From assembly GCA_035285865.1 (NCBI GenBank), contig JAYKHS010000022.1:32001-96000 (forward strand): a DNA stretch of 64,000 nucleotides, read 5' to 3'. This document shows, in pieces, positions 37,790 to 45,664 of this stretch. The DNA comes from Candidatus Sericytochromatia bacterium. Its GTDB lineage: Bacteria; Cyanobacteriota; Sericytochromatia; S15B-MN24; VGJW01. How positions within the stretch are numbered: position 1 is the first letter of the stretch; the number at the start of each line of letters is the position of its first letter. The translations under genes were made by a program, and so were the position numbers. The notes beneath the pieces are model-generated. The model did no database searches. It was not told where the DNA came from and was given only the letters and a program-made list of their open reading frames with translations.

Positions 37790-38367
37790 CGGATTCGGAA
37801 CGCGAGGTTGACCGGGGCACCTTCATCCGTGAGGGCCTCGGGGACCTTGGCCGCTCACTTTTCGAGAGCTGGCATGCCTACAGGGCAGCGGCGAGGCCCC
37901 CCGAACCTGCACCGCCCTTGCGCACCCGCTTGCGCCCGCCCGGTGCCCGGGAGGAGGCCGAGTTTCGCCGGCTCTGCAGCCGCAGCGGGGCTTGCGTCTC
38001 GGCCTGCCCCTTCGGAGTGCTGGAGTCGGACGGCGATGGCTGGCCGGCCCTGCGGGATCCGCGTACGGCGCCCTGTGCGATGTGTCCCGACATGCCCTGC
38101 ATCGCGGCTTGTGGAACCGGTGCTCTGGCTTGGCAGCCGCGCAACCTGAGGCGCATCGGGCTGGTCAGCGTCGACAAGGAACACTGCGTCGTGCGCGCGG
38201 GGACCGCGTGCACGGCCTGCGCGGCGTCCTGCAGGGAGGCGAGGGCCATCGGTCCCGGGGCCGACGGGTATCCTGTGGTACTCGCCGAGGCGTGCACGGG
38301 ATGCGGTTCGTGCCTCGCAGTATGCCCGGCCGAAGGGCCGGCCCTGCTGCTCGCGCCGAGGTCCTGA
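37786..38367 (+). CDS. NapF/NapG/MauM-type polyferredoxin
   Basis: LRPPGA, CSRSGACVSACP, CAMCPDMPCIAAC, CTACAASC, CTGCGSCLAVCP; GTGA overlap. Confidence 0.85.
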   Translation: MTDSEREVDRGTFIREGLGDLGRSLFESWHAYRAAARPPEPAPPLRTRLRPPGAREEAEFRRLCSRSGACVSACPFGVLESDGDGWPALRDPRTAPCAMCPDMPCIAACGTGALAWQPRNLRRIGLVSVDKEHCVVRAGTACTACAASCREARAIGPGADGYPVVLAEACTGCGSCLAVCPAEGPALLLAPRS

Positions 38368-38368
38368 C

Positions 38369-41272
38369 TCAGGGTCCTCCGATCAGGACATGGTCGGGAA
38401 GCACGCGGGCCATGGCTTCGGCGAGGGCTTCTGCAAGCTGTAGCTCGGCATCCCGATGACCTGAGGCCTTGGCAAGGATCTGGGCGACCTGCAGTCCGGC
38501 CAAGGCCTCGAAGGGTGGCTGTGTCGCGATGTCAGAATGCGTGGCCGAATCATCTCCCTGCAGGTCCGCGAGCCTGTTCCGGGCGATGGCCAGTCGCAAG
38601 GAGGCCCGGCGGTACCGTATGCGTCGCGGGTCGGTGATGTCGCCTTCGCACGGTTGGAGCGCTGACCATCGCGTGTCGGCATCCTCGATCCGCCCAGCCA
38701 CGCAGGCGGCCTCCACGGCGAGCAGGCGGACGAACCGCGCGCGATCCGGACGCCCGAGGCGTTCCCATGCCAGACTCGCCTGGTCCGCAAGCAACAGGGC
38801 GTCCTCGGGTTTGCCCAGCACGAGGTCCTCGAGGGCCATCTGGCCAAGAATCCGAGGATTGGGTTCGCCCTTTCCGAGCGCCGTCGCCCTGGCCTGCAAC
38901 ATCGCTTGCTGGCCTGCTGGCCGGCACAGGTATGCGGCAAGGGCCAGATCCGGCTGGTCGGGGTGCTGCTCGGCAAGTCGGCGCCAAGGTGCGTCGTCCG
39001 GTTGTTCCTCGCCGCTGTCGATCCGTGCCAGCGCCTCCACGCCCCACCAAGCCGGATAGGCCGGTCCTGCGAGGCTCATGGCTTCCCCGAGGCAGGCCAA
39101 ACCTTCGCGGGGGCGGCCCATGTCGAGCAGCAGGCGTGCCAGAAACTCGCGCGCGGCTATCTGGGCGTCCGCCTGATCGGATTGCGCCAAGGCAAGCGAT
39201 CCATGTTCCAGCGCGCGATCGTACCAACCAAGGCGAACCTCGAGTCGCGCCAAGGCAGAGAGAGCTTCGCGCTGCGCACGGTCCTCCTCGAGAAGCGGGG
39301 GATCCTGAGGAGCCACGAGCGTCCGCAGGACTCGGGCCGTCTTCGCCCAGCCGCCCGGATGGGCGGCGTCGTCTGCAGCCACGAGCGCATGAACCAGTGC
39401 AGCTGCCGGCTGTCCGGCGCGCAGCAAATGGTGGGCCAGCAGCGCGGAGATGCCCTTGTCGCCCGCCATCTCGGGAGTCTGTTCCAGGGCAGTTGCCGCA
39501 GCTTCGTGCCACTGGCGGCGCTGCGCCTGAAGGACGCCCTGATAGGCGACTTCATGCAAGGCAGCGTCGAGGAAGCGGAAGCTGCCGTCCGGTCGCGCTT
39601 CCAGCAGGCCCAGTGCGACCAGCCCCCTGAGCCCGATGCGTATGGCCTCCACGGGCCCGAGGTGGCCGAGCATCTCGGCATGCAGGCTGGGGCCGGCCAC
39701 GGCGGCAGCTGAGAGCAACGTCCGCTGGTCCGGTGGCAACGTGTCGAGATGGCTCATGAGGATGGCGCTCATTGCGCCGGGCAAGGGCAAGCCATCGCTG
39801 TCCCGACTCACGTGGAGACGACCGTCGTCCTGGCGAATCCAGCCGCCGGCCACCAAATCGCGCGCCAACTCGCCGAGGAAGAGCGGATTGCCCCCGGTCT
39901 GGTCGCAAGCCTCGCGCGCGAGCTCCCGCAATTCGGGAGGCCAGGCATCTACGGTGTCAGGCAGATCGGCTGCCGCACCGAAGAGGCGCATAGCGTCATC
40001 TACGGCCAATGGGAGCAGGCGGGCGTCTCGACGACCCGGGACGGTCGCAAGGACCGCGCGGCTGGCGGAAACGACCATGAGGCTTCTACCCGACTCGATG
40101 TCTCGCGTGTGCTGCCAGAAGCTCAGCAGCCAAGCTTGGCTGTCCGGGTCCACGAGGTCCAAGTCGTCGACCATCACGATCACGAGCCGGCGCCGCGCCT
40201 CGAGAAGCAGGTCGGCCTGAAGTGTTTCGGAGGAGGCCTCGTCGGTCAGGCCTTCCAGCAGACTTCCTGATCTGTCTTGTCGGTGGAGGAGGCCCCTGAG
40301 GTCGAGCAGCCGGAGGTCGGCGTTGTGTTCTAGGCTTTGCTTCCAGCGTCGCAGGAGGCGACTCTTGCCGAGACCGGCGGACCCCTGGATGTGCAGCCAC
40401 TGTGGTCGTCCCGAGAGGCCTGCGGCGAGGGTGGCCTCCCAATGGTGCTCCATCTCGGGCCGGGGCAGGAAGGCCAGCAGATCCTTCGGGGGGGCGATGC
40501 CTTGGCTGCGCAGGCCGACCAGGGCTTGCGGCCGGACGGGCTTGGTGCGTCCCTTGACCTGGACCTCGGGAAGTTGCTCGATGTCGAAGTCGCGGTGCGT
40601 TGTGGCGACCGTCTCCGGCGTGGCGAGAATCTGTTCCGCCGTTGCCGAGGCCTTCATGCGCTGGGCGAGATTCACCGTATCGCCCATGACGGTGTAGTCA
40701 CGCTTGGCATCGCCACCGACCTCCCCGGCAACCACCAGGCCGGTATGCAGGCCGATGCGGATGCCCAGACGCTTGGCCGCCGGTGCGGAGGCCATGTCTT
40801 CGCGTGCGACATCGCGCAGAGCCAATGCGGTCATCAGGGCCCTGTCCGCATCATCTTCCCGAGCCACGGGTGCCCCGAAGAGCACCATCAGGCCATCGGC
40901 CAAGTACTTGTCGATGACGCCGCCCCAGGCGTCCACGACGTCCGTGAGCTTCTTGAAGAACCTGTTGGTGAGCTCGGTGACTTCCTCCGGGTCCAGGGTC
41001 TGCTGCAACTGGGCCAGCCCCAGAACCTCGAGGAACATGACGGTGACGATGCGGCGTTCGCCGAGTTGGCTCATGGCCTTGAGGACGAGGGCTTCGCCAG
41101 AGGTTTGTCCCGGGTCGAGCTCCGCGACGGATGCTCCGCAATGGGTGCAATATCGATCGCCGGGCGCCCCCCACGACCGACATGAAGGGCACGCGAACCA
41201 TGCCGGCCCGCCACACTGGATGCAGAAGCGGGCTTCCGGCTCGTAGGCCGTGGTGCAGGCTGGGCAGTTCAC
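38369..41272 (-). CDS. Class III adenylate cyclase with double zinc ribbon, AAA/STAND ATPase and TPR-like helices
   Basis: CxxC repeats, ERRIVTVMF, DKYLADG, RIGLHTG, GDTVNLAQR, GSAGLGKS, VDDLD, GGNPLFL. Confidence 0.88.
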   Translation of the reverse strand: MNCPACTTAYEPEARFCIQCGGPAWFACPSCRSWGAPGDRYCTHCGASVAELDPGQTSGEALVLKAMSQLGERRIVTVMFLEVLGLAQLQQTLDPEEVTELTNRFFKKLTDVVDAWGGVIDKYLADGLMVLFGAPVAREDDADRALMTALALRDVAREDMASAPAAKRLGIRIGLHTGLVVAGEVGGDAKRDYTVMGDTVNLAQRMKASATAEQILATPETVATTHRDFDIEQLPEVQVKGRTKPVRPQALVGLRSQGIAPPKDLLAFLPRPEMEHHWEATLAAGLSGRPQWLHIQGSAGLGKSRLLRRWKQSLEHNADLRLLDLRGLLHRQDRSGSLLEGLTDEASSETLQADLLLEARRRLVIVMVDDLDLVDPDSQAWLLSFWQHTRDIESGRSLMVVSASRAVLATVPGRRDARLLPLAVDDAMRLFGAAADLPDTVDAWPPELRELAREACDQTGGNPLFLGELARDLVAGGWIRQDDGRLHVSRDSDGLPLPGAMSAILMSHLDTLPPDQRTLLSAAAVAGPSLHAEMLGHLGPVEAIRIGLRGLVALGLLEARPDGSFRFLDAALHEVAYQGVLQAQRRQWHEAAATALEQTPEMAGDKGISALLAHHLLRAGQPAAALVHALVAADDAAHPGGWAKTARVLRTLVAPQDPPLLEEDRAQREALSALARLEVRLGWYDRALEHGSLALAQSDQADAQIAAREFLARLLLDMGRPREGLACLGEAMSLAGPAYPAWWGVEALARIDSGEEQPDDAPWRRLAEQHPDQPDLALAAYLCRPAGQQAMLQARATALGKGEPNPRILGQMALEDLVLGKPEDALLLADQASLAWERLGRPDRARFVRLLAVEAACVAGRIEDADTRWSALQPCEGDITDPRRIRYRRASLRLAIARNRLADLQGDDSATHSDIATQPPFEALAGLQVAQILAKASGHRDAELQLAEALAEAMARVLPDHVLIGGP

Positions 41273-41886
41273 GTGAAGATCTTCCGATTCAAGGCGTCGT
41301 GCGACAGCGTCAGGCGTACCGTGCATGTATCGGTGTTCCGCTCGATCTCAAGCCGACCACCCGCCTCCCGGCAGAAACTGTCGACCAGCATCAGGCCAAG
41401 GCCGTGGCCTTGGGAGCGTCCGGGGCCCATGGAGTTCTCCACCACCCACATCCTGCCCTCCGGCACCACGGCATGCCGAACAGCCACCGTCCCGTCCTGT
41501 CCTGCTGCCGTCCGGGCATTGGCAGCCAGGTTCACGATGGCCCGGAGCTCTGCCACTGCAAGGTCCGGACACGCGTCGAGGGCCAGATGCTCGTCCACAC
41601 ACCACGTCGTGAGCAGTCGTCGCGTCCGGGTGGCAGACCAGAGGCGGGGGCCGCTCGGGCCGAGTCCGGCGAAGGCGAGCAGGTCGGCGGTCATCGCCTC
41701 GCCTATGGATACGGCTTCCGTTACCGATTCGCGTAATCGCGCTGCCGGGGCCGTATCCTCGGTGTCGGCCAACCTGTCGAGAATGCCCTGAAACACCTGC
41801 CGGAGGTCGTGCGCGACGCCCACGACCGCGCGGCCGAGGGACAGGGCCGCATCATCGGGGATCGGGACCGGGGGGTGGGGACGCAC
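41269..41886 (-). CDS. Truncated, degenerate histidine-kinase-like protein
   Basis: VAHDLRQ H-box-like, VNLAANA N-box, GHGLGL G2-box; no DxG G1 box and no sensor domain. Confidence 0.6.
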   Translation of the reverse strand: MRPHPPVPIPDDAALSLGRAVVGVAHDLRQVFQGILDRLADTEDTAPAARLRESVTEAVSIGEAMTADLLAFAGLGPSGPRLWSATRTRRLLTTWCVDEHLALDACPDLAVAELRAIVNLAANARTAAGQDGTVAVRHAVVPEGRMWVVENSMGPGRSQGHGLGLMLVDSFCREAGGRLEIERNTDTCTVRLTLSHDALNRKIFT

Positions 41887-41921
41887 GAGATCATGTTACC
41901 CCACCCCCCGCCTTGCGCCCG

Positions 41922-42395
41922 TCAGGCCGCGATGGGGATGCTGCGGCCGCGTGGACGACTGCCGGCCTTGTGGGGCATGCGGATGGTCAGCAGTCCGTTG
42001 CGCAACTGTGCGGACGTGTGTTCGGGATCGATGGCGCAAGGCAAGGCGAGTTGGCGATGGAATTTTCCGGCCGTGCGCTCGTGCACCATCGTTTCGCCTT
42101 CGATGGTGCGCTCCTCTGCCTGCGTACCGGAGATGGATATGCCTTCCTCGTGAGCCTCGATGGTCAGATTGCTGGCCTCCATGCCGGGCAGGTCAAGCAC
42201 CAGGACCGTTTCATCCTCTCCCACCGTAAGGTCGCAGGCCGGCGTGGCCATCCACGGGATGCCGCCTTCGGCGGTTCGCGTCGTCACGGTCGGCAGAAAG
42301 GTCGTGAACAGGCGTTCCGTGTCCCGCACCATCCGGTTCATCTGCTGCCGGAAGCCTTCCAGCTCGGTCTGGGGAAACCAGGGTCGCAGTGCCAT
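41922..42395 (-). CDS. Hsp20/alpha-crystallin small heat shock protein
   Basis: DLPG, HERTAGKFHR, AQLRNGLLTI; GGAGG SD. Confidence 0.92.
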   Translation of the reverse strand: MALRPWFPQTELEGFRQQMNRMVRDTERLFTTFLPTVTTRTAEGGIPWMATPACDLTVGEDETVLVLDLPGMEASNLTIEAHEEGISISGTQAEERTIEGETMVHERTAGKFHRQLALPCAIDPEHTSAQLRNGLLTIRMPHKAGSRPRGRSIPIAA

Positions 42396-42486
42396 GGGCC
42401 TTCTCCTCCACAGGTTCGGTCCGGTACGGGCTGAACGTTGCCCCATCCCGCCGCCGGCGACAAGGAGTGACTGCTTCCATAACGCC

Positions 42487-42513
42487 TCAACGCGGGGTGA
42501 CCCGTGCCGAAGT
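42487..42513 (+). promoter_or_regulatory. Sigma-28 promoter of flagellin 1
   Basis: TCAA-N15-GCCGAAGT versus consensus TAAA-N15-GCCGATAA. Confidence 0.75.
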
Positions 42514-42557
42514 GTTTCCTACGGCAAGTTCCCTCGTGGACCGAGCCGGAAGCCAAG

Positions 42558-42598
42558 GGGTCGCACGGATGTGACCCTTCCCAACGTCCAAGGAGGAC
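42558..42598 (+). promoter_or_regulatory. CsrA-type GGA stem-loops in flagellin 1 leader
   Basis: gggtcgca-CGGA-tgtgaccc hairpin and gtcc-AAGGA-ggac hairpin over the SD. Confidence 0.65.
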
Positions 42599-42606
42599 AT
42601 CCCGTC

Positions 42607-43434
42607 ATGGGACTTCGGATCAATACCAACATCACGGCGCTCAACTCGCATCGCGTGCTGACCGCCAATGACAATGCCCTCGGCAAGAGCCTCGTCCGGC
42701 TGTCCAGCGGTCTGCGGATCAATACCGCTTCCGATGACGCCGCCGGCCTCGCGATTGCCGAGAAGTTCCGGGCACAGGTCAACGGCCTGTCGATGGCCAT
42801 GCAGAACAGCCAGGATGCCATCAACCTGCTGCAGACGGCCGAAGGCGCCCTGAACGAGACCGAGGCGATCCTGCAGCGGATGCGCGAGCTTTCGGTGCAG
42901 GCGGCGAACGACACCCTCACCGACGACGATCGGACGGCCATCCAGGCGGAAATCGACCAGCTTACGGACGAGATCGACGGCATTTCCAACCGGACCCAGT
43001 ACAACAACCGTGTCCTGCTCGACGGATCCATCGCGACCCTGACCTTCCAGATCGGGGCCAACGAGGGTCAGACGCTGTCACTGGCCATTTCGGCGATGGG
43101 TTCCGGGGACATCAACGTGACGACGACCGACATGACCGTCGGTTCGCAGGAGGCAGCTTCCGCAGCCATCGGCGCACTGGATGATGCCATCCAGGCGGTC
43201 TCGGACGAGCGGGCATCCTTGGGTGCCTACATCAACCGACTGCAGCACACCATCAACAACCTGGGCGTGCAGCGCGAGAACATGTCGTCCAGCGAGAGCC
43301 GCATCCGCGACCTCGACATGGCGGCTGAAGTGTCGGTGATGACCCGTAACCAGATCCTGACGCAGTCCAGCCAGGCCATGCTGGCTCAGGCCAATGCCGT
43401 CCCGCAGGGCGTGCTCAGCCTGCTCCGGGGCTAA
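42607..43434 (+). CDS. fliC: Flagellin 1 (275 aa)
   Basis: MGLRINTN, RLSSGLRIN.ASDDAAGL, QRMREL, SRIRDLDMA, AMLAQAN. Confidence 0.97.
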   Translation: MGLRINTNITALNSHRVLTANDNALGKSLVRLSSGLRINTASDDAAGLAIAEKFRAQVNGLSMAMQNSQDAINLLQTAEGALNETEAILQRMRELSVQAANDTLTDDDRTAIQAEIDQLTDEIDGISNRTQYNNRVLLDGSIATLTFQIGANEGQTLSLAISAMGSGDINVTTTDMTVGSQEAASAAIGALDDAIQAVSDERASLGAYINRLQHTINNLGVQRENMSSSESRIRDLDMAAEVSVMTRNQILTQSSQAMLAQANAVPQGVLSLLRG

Positions 43435-43449
43435 GTCGGGGGGTGATCG

Positions 43450-43478
43450 GGGCCCGGGGGGTATTTCCTCCCGGGCCC
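43450..43478 (+). terminator. Hairpin after flagellin 1
   Basis: gggcccgggggg-tattt-cctcccgggccc. Confidence 0.6.
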
Positions 43479-43484
43479 GCCGCC

Positions 43485-43511
43485 TAAAGGTTTTCCGGAA
43501 TCTTCCGAAGT
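43485..43511 (+). promoter_or_regulatory. Sigma-28 promoter of flagellin 2
   Basis: TAAA-N15-TCCGAAGT. Confidence 0.7.
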
Positions 43512-43607
43512 GACCATCAAGGTCGACTGAAGTTGGCCAGACGTCAAAGCGGACCTGCCCCGAGGCAGGTACATGGACGGTACCGCGCAAGCCAGGAGGA
43601 CGGCGGC

Positions 43608-44435
43608 ATGGGACTTCGGATCAACACCAACCTGACGGCACTCAATGCGCATCGCGTGCTGAGCGCCAATGACAACGCCCTTGGCAAGAGTTTGGTACGT
43701 CTGTCGAGCGGCCTTCGGATCAATGCGGCCTCGGACGATGCTGCAGGTCTCGCGATCGCCGAGAAGTTCAAGGCCCAGGTCAACGGTTTGTCCATGGCCA
43801 TCCAGAACTCCGAGGATGCCATCAATCTGCTGCAGACGGCGGAAGGTGCCCTGAGCGAGACCGAGGCCATCCTCCAGCGGATGCGCGAACTGTCGGTCCA
43901 GGCGGCCAACGACACGCTTCAGGACGCTGACAGGGAGGCCATCCAAGCCGAGATTGACCAGTTGGTCGACGAGATCGATGGCATTGCCGGCAGGACCCAG
44001 TACAACAGCCGCGGTCTGCTCGATGGATCGATAACGACGCTGACCTTCCAGATTGGGGCCAATGAGGGCCAGACGTTGACAGTCGGGATCAATGCCATGG
44101 ATGCTGCAGGCATTGCGGTACAGTCCAGTGACTTGTCCGTAGGCAACCAGGAGTCGGCCTCTGCAGCCATCGGTGCGCTGGACCTTGCCATCGAGGTTGT
44201 TTCGGATGAGCGGGCAAAACTTGGCGCGGTCATCAATCGTCTCGACCACACCATCAATAATCTCAATGTTCAGCGCGAGAACATGGCCTCCAGCGAGAGC
44301 CGCATCCGCGACCTCGATATGGCGGCAGAGGTTTCGGTCATGACGCGCAACCAGATCCTGTCGCAGTCAAGCCAGGCCATGTTGGCACAGGCCAATGCCG
44401 TCCCGCAGGGCGTGCTGCAACTGCTCAGGGGATAG
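43608..44435 (+). CDS. fliC: Flagellin 2 (275 aa)
   Basis: Close paralog of flagellin 1 with all conserved D0/D1 motifs; AGGAGG SD. Confidence 0.97.
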   Translation: MGLRINTNLTALNAHRVLSANDNALGKSLVRLSSGLRINAASDDAAGLAIAEKFKAQVNGLSMAIQNSEDAINLLQTAEGALSETEAILQRMRELSVQAANDTLQDADREAIQAEIDQLVDEIDGIAGRTQYNSRGLLDGSITTLTFQIGANEGQTLTVGINAMDAAGIAVQSSDLSVGNQESASAAIGALDLAIEVVSDERAKLGAVINRLDHTINNLNVQRENMASSESRIRDLDMAAEVSVMTRNQILSQSSQAMLAQANAVPQGVLQLLRG

Positions 44436-44456
44436 CTTCGGTTTCCGCGATTCCGA

Positions 44457-44484
44457 CGCCCGGGTGGCCTGATCCACCCGGGCG
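44457..44484 (+). terminator. Hairpin after flagellin 2
   Basis: cgcccgggtgg-cctgat-ccacccgggcg, perfect 11-bp stem. Confidence 0.65.
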
Positions 44485-44491
44485 CTTCGCC

Positions 44492-44518
44492 TCAAGGGTG
44501 GCTTGATTCTGCCGATGA
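44492..44518 (+). promoter_or_regulatory. Sigma-28 promoter of flagellin 3
   Basis: TCAA-N15-GCCGATGA. Confidence 0.8.
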
Positions 44519-44543
44519 CCATGATCGCAAGGATGACTCGACC

Positions 44544-45371
44544 ATGTCATTGAAAATAGGCGGTCAAGATTTTTCGGGCCCGATTTCGGCATTGGGTCGC
44601 CTGAGTCGCGGTGTCGACCGCAGCGTGGCGCGCCTCGCCGACGGGCTGCGGATTCGTGGTGCTGCCGACGATGTGGCGGGCCTTCAGATCGCCGAGAGTT
44701 TTCGAGCTCAGGTTCGGGGATTGGCTCAGGCCACGGCCAATGCTCAAGACGCCATCAATCTCGTCCAGACTTTGGACGGTGCTCTGGGGGAGACCATGGC
44801 CATCGTCCAGCGCATGCGCGAGTTGGTGGTCTTGGCTGCCAATGACACGATGACTGGTGTCGACCGTGCCGTGGTCAAGAGCGAGCTCGATCAGCTCTCG
44901 CTCGAGGTCGACGGTGTCGCCGAACGAACCGAGTACAACTCGCGCCAGTTGCTGCTGGGGTTCGCCATGGATGCCCCCCTGACCTTCCAGATTGGCGCGT
45001 CGGAGGGACAGATTCTCGCACTGACCGTGTCCGACATGCGTGCCTACGCGCTCTATGTCGCCACGACCGACCTGACGGTCTCCAGCCACGCGTGGGCCAC
45101 GGAGACGCTCTGGTCGCTCGACAACTCGATGCTGCTGGTCAACAGGGAACGCGCGCGTCTGGGGGCTGTGGTCAACAGGCTCGAGCACACCATTGCCAAC
45201 CTGTCGGTGCAACGGGAAAACATGGCTTCCAGCGAGAGCCGTATCCGTGATGTGGATGTTGCCGAGGAAACCTCGCGCCTGACGCGTTTCCAGATCGTGA
45301 CGCAATCGAGCCAGGCCATGTTGGCACAGGCTCAGCAAGTGGCGAAGGGCATCGTCGGGCTTCTGACATAG
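44544..45371 (+). CDS. Divergent flagellin 3 (275 aa)
   Basis: GLRIRGAADDVAGL, QRMREL, SRIRDVD, AMLAQA present; N-terminal RINTN motif absent. Confidence 0.9.
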   Translation: MSLKIGGQDFSGPISALGRLSRGVDRSVARLADGLRIRGAADDVAGLQIAESFRAQVRGLAQATANAQDAINLVQTLDGALGETMAIVQRMRELVVLAANDTMTGVDRAVVKSELDQLSLEVDGVAERTEYNSRQLLLGFAMDAPLTFQIGASEGQILALTVSDMRAYALYVATTDLTVSSHAWATETLWSLDNSMLLVNRERARLGAVVNRLEHTIANLSVQRENMASSESRIRDVDVAEETSRLTRFQIVTQSSQAMLAQAQQVAKGIVGLLT

Positions 45372-45415
45372 GCAGTTTCTGCTGCATTATGTAGGCGAGG
45401 AGGCTCAAGGGGATC

Positions 45416-45464
45416 GACATAACTTGCCCCATGTTTGACATAAGCACGCCTGGGCGCGACATAA
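45416..45464 (+). repeat. Three GACATAA direct repeats with 21-bp period
   Basis: GACATAA begins at 45416, 45437 and 45458. Confidence 0.75.
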
Positions 45465-45510
45465 CTGCCGCCAATCGGGTGAGTTCGGAAAATCTTGAGG
45501 GTTCACCCCC

Positions 45511-45538
45511 TTGATTCTCGAAAATCTTTTGCTACTGT
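45511..45538 (+). promoter_or_regulatory. Sigma-70-type promoter of flagellin 4
   Basis: TTGATT-N16-TACTGT with TG extension; no sigma-28 match found in this intergenic region. Confidence 0.5.
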
Positions 45539-45664
45539 GACTGTGGAACGAGGCGTTCCGTCTCGGAGATGGCCAGGAGGGCCTTCCTCGAACGGTGTTG
45601 AAGCGGTTCGCTCCAAGCGTCGGGCACGGATGTCCGACGATGACATTCACGGAGGAATTCGAAC

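Noticed and set aside
42396..42486. CIRCE or ROSE heat-shock element upstream of the hsp20 gene
   Set aside because: No TTAGCACTC-N9-GAGTGCTAA and no convincing ROSE motif
45416..45464. Possible mini-CRISPR or iteron array
   Set aside because: Repeat is only 7 bp with 14-bp spacers, and no cas or rep genes are present; a transcription-factor site is more plausible
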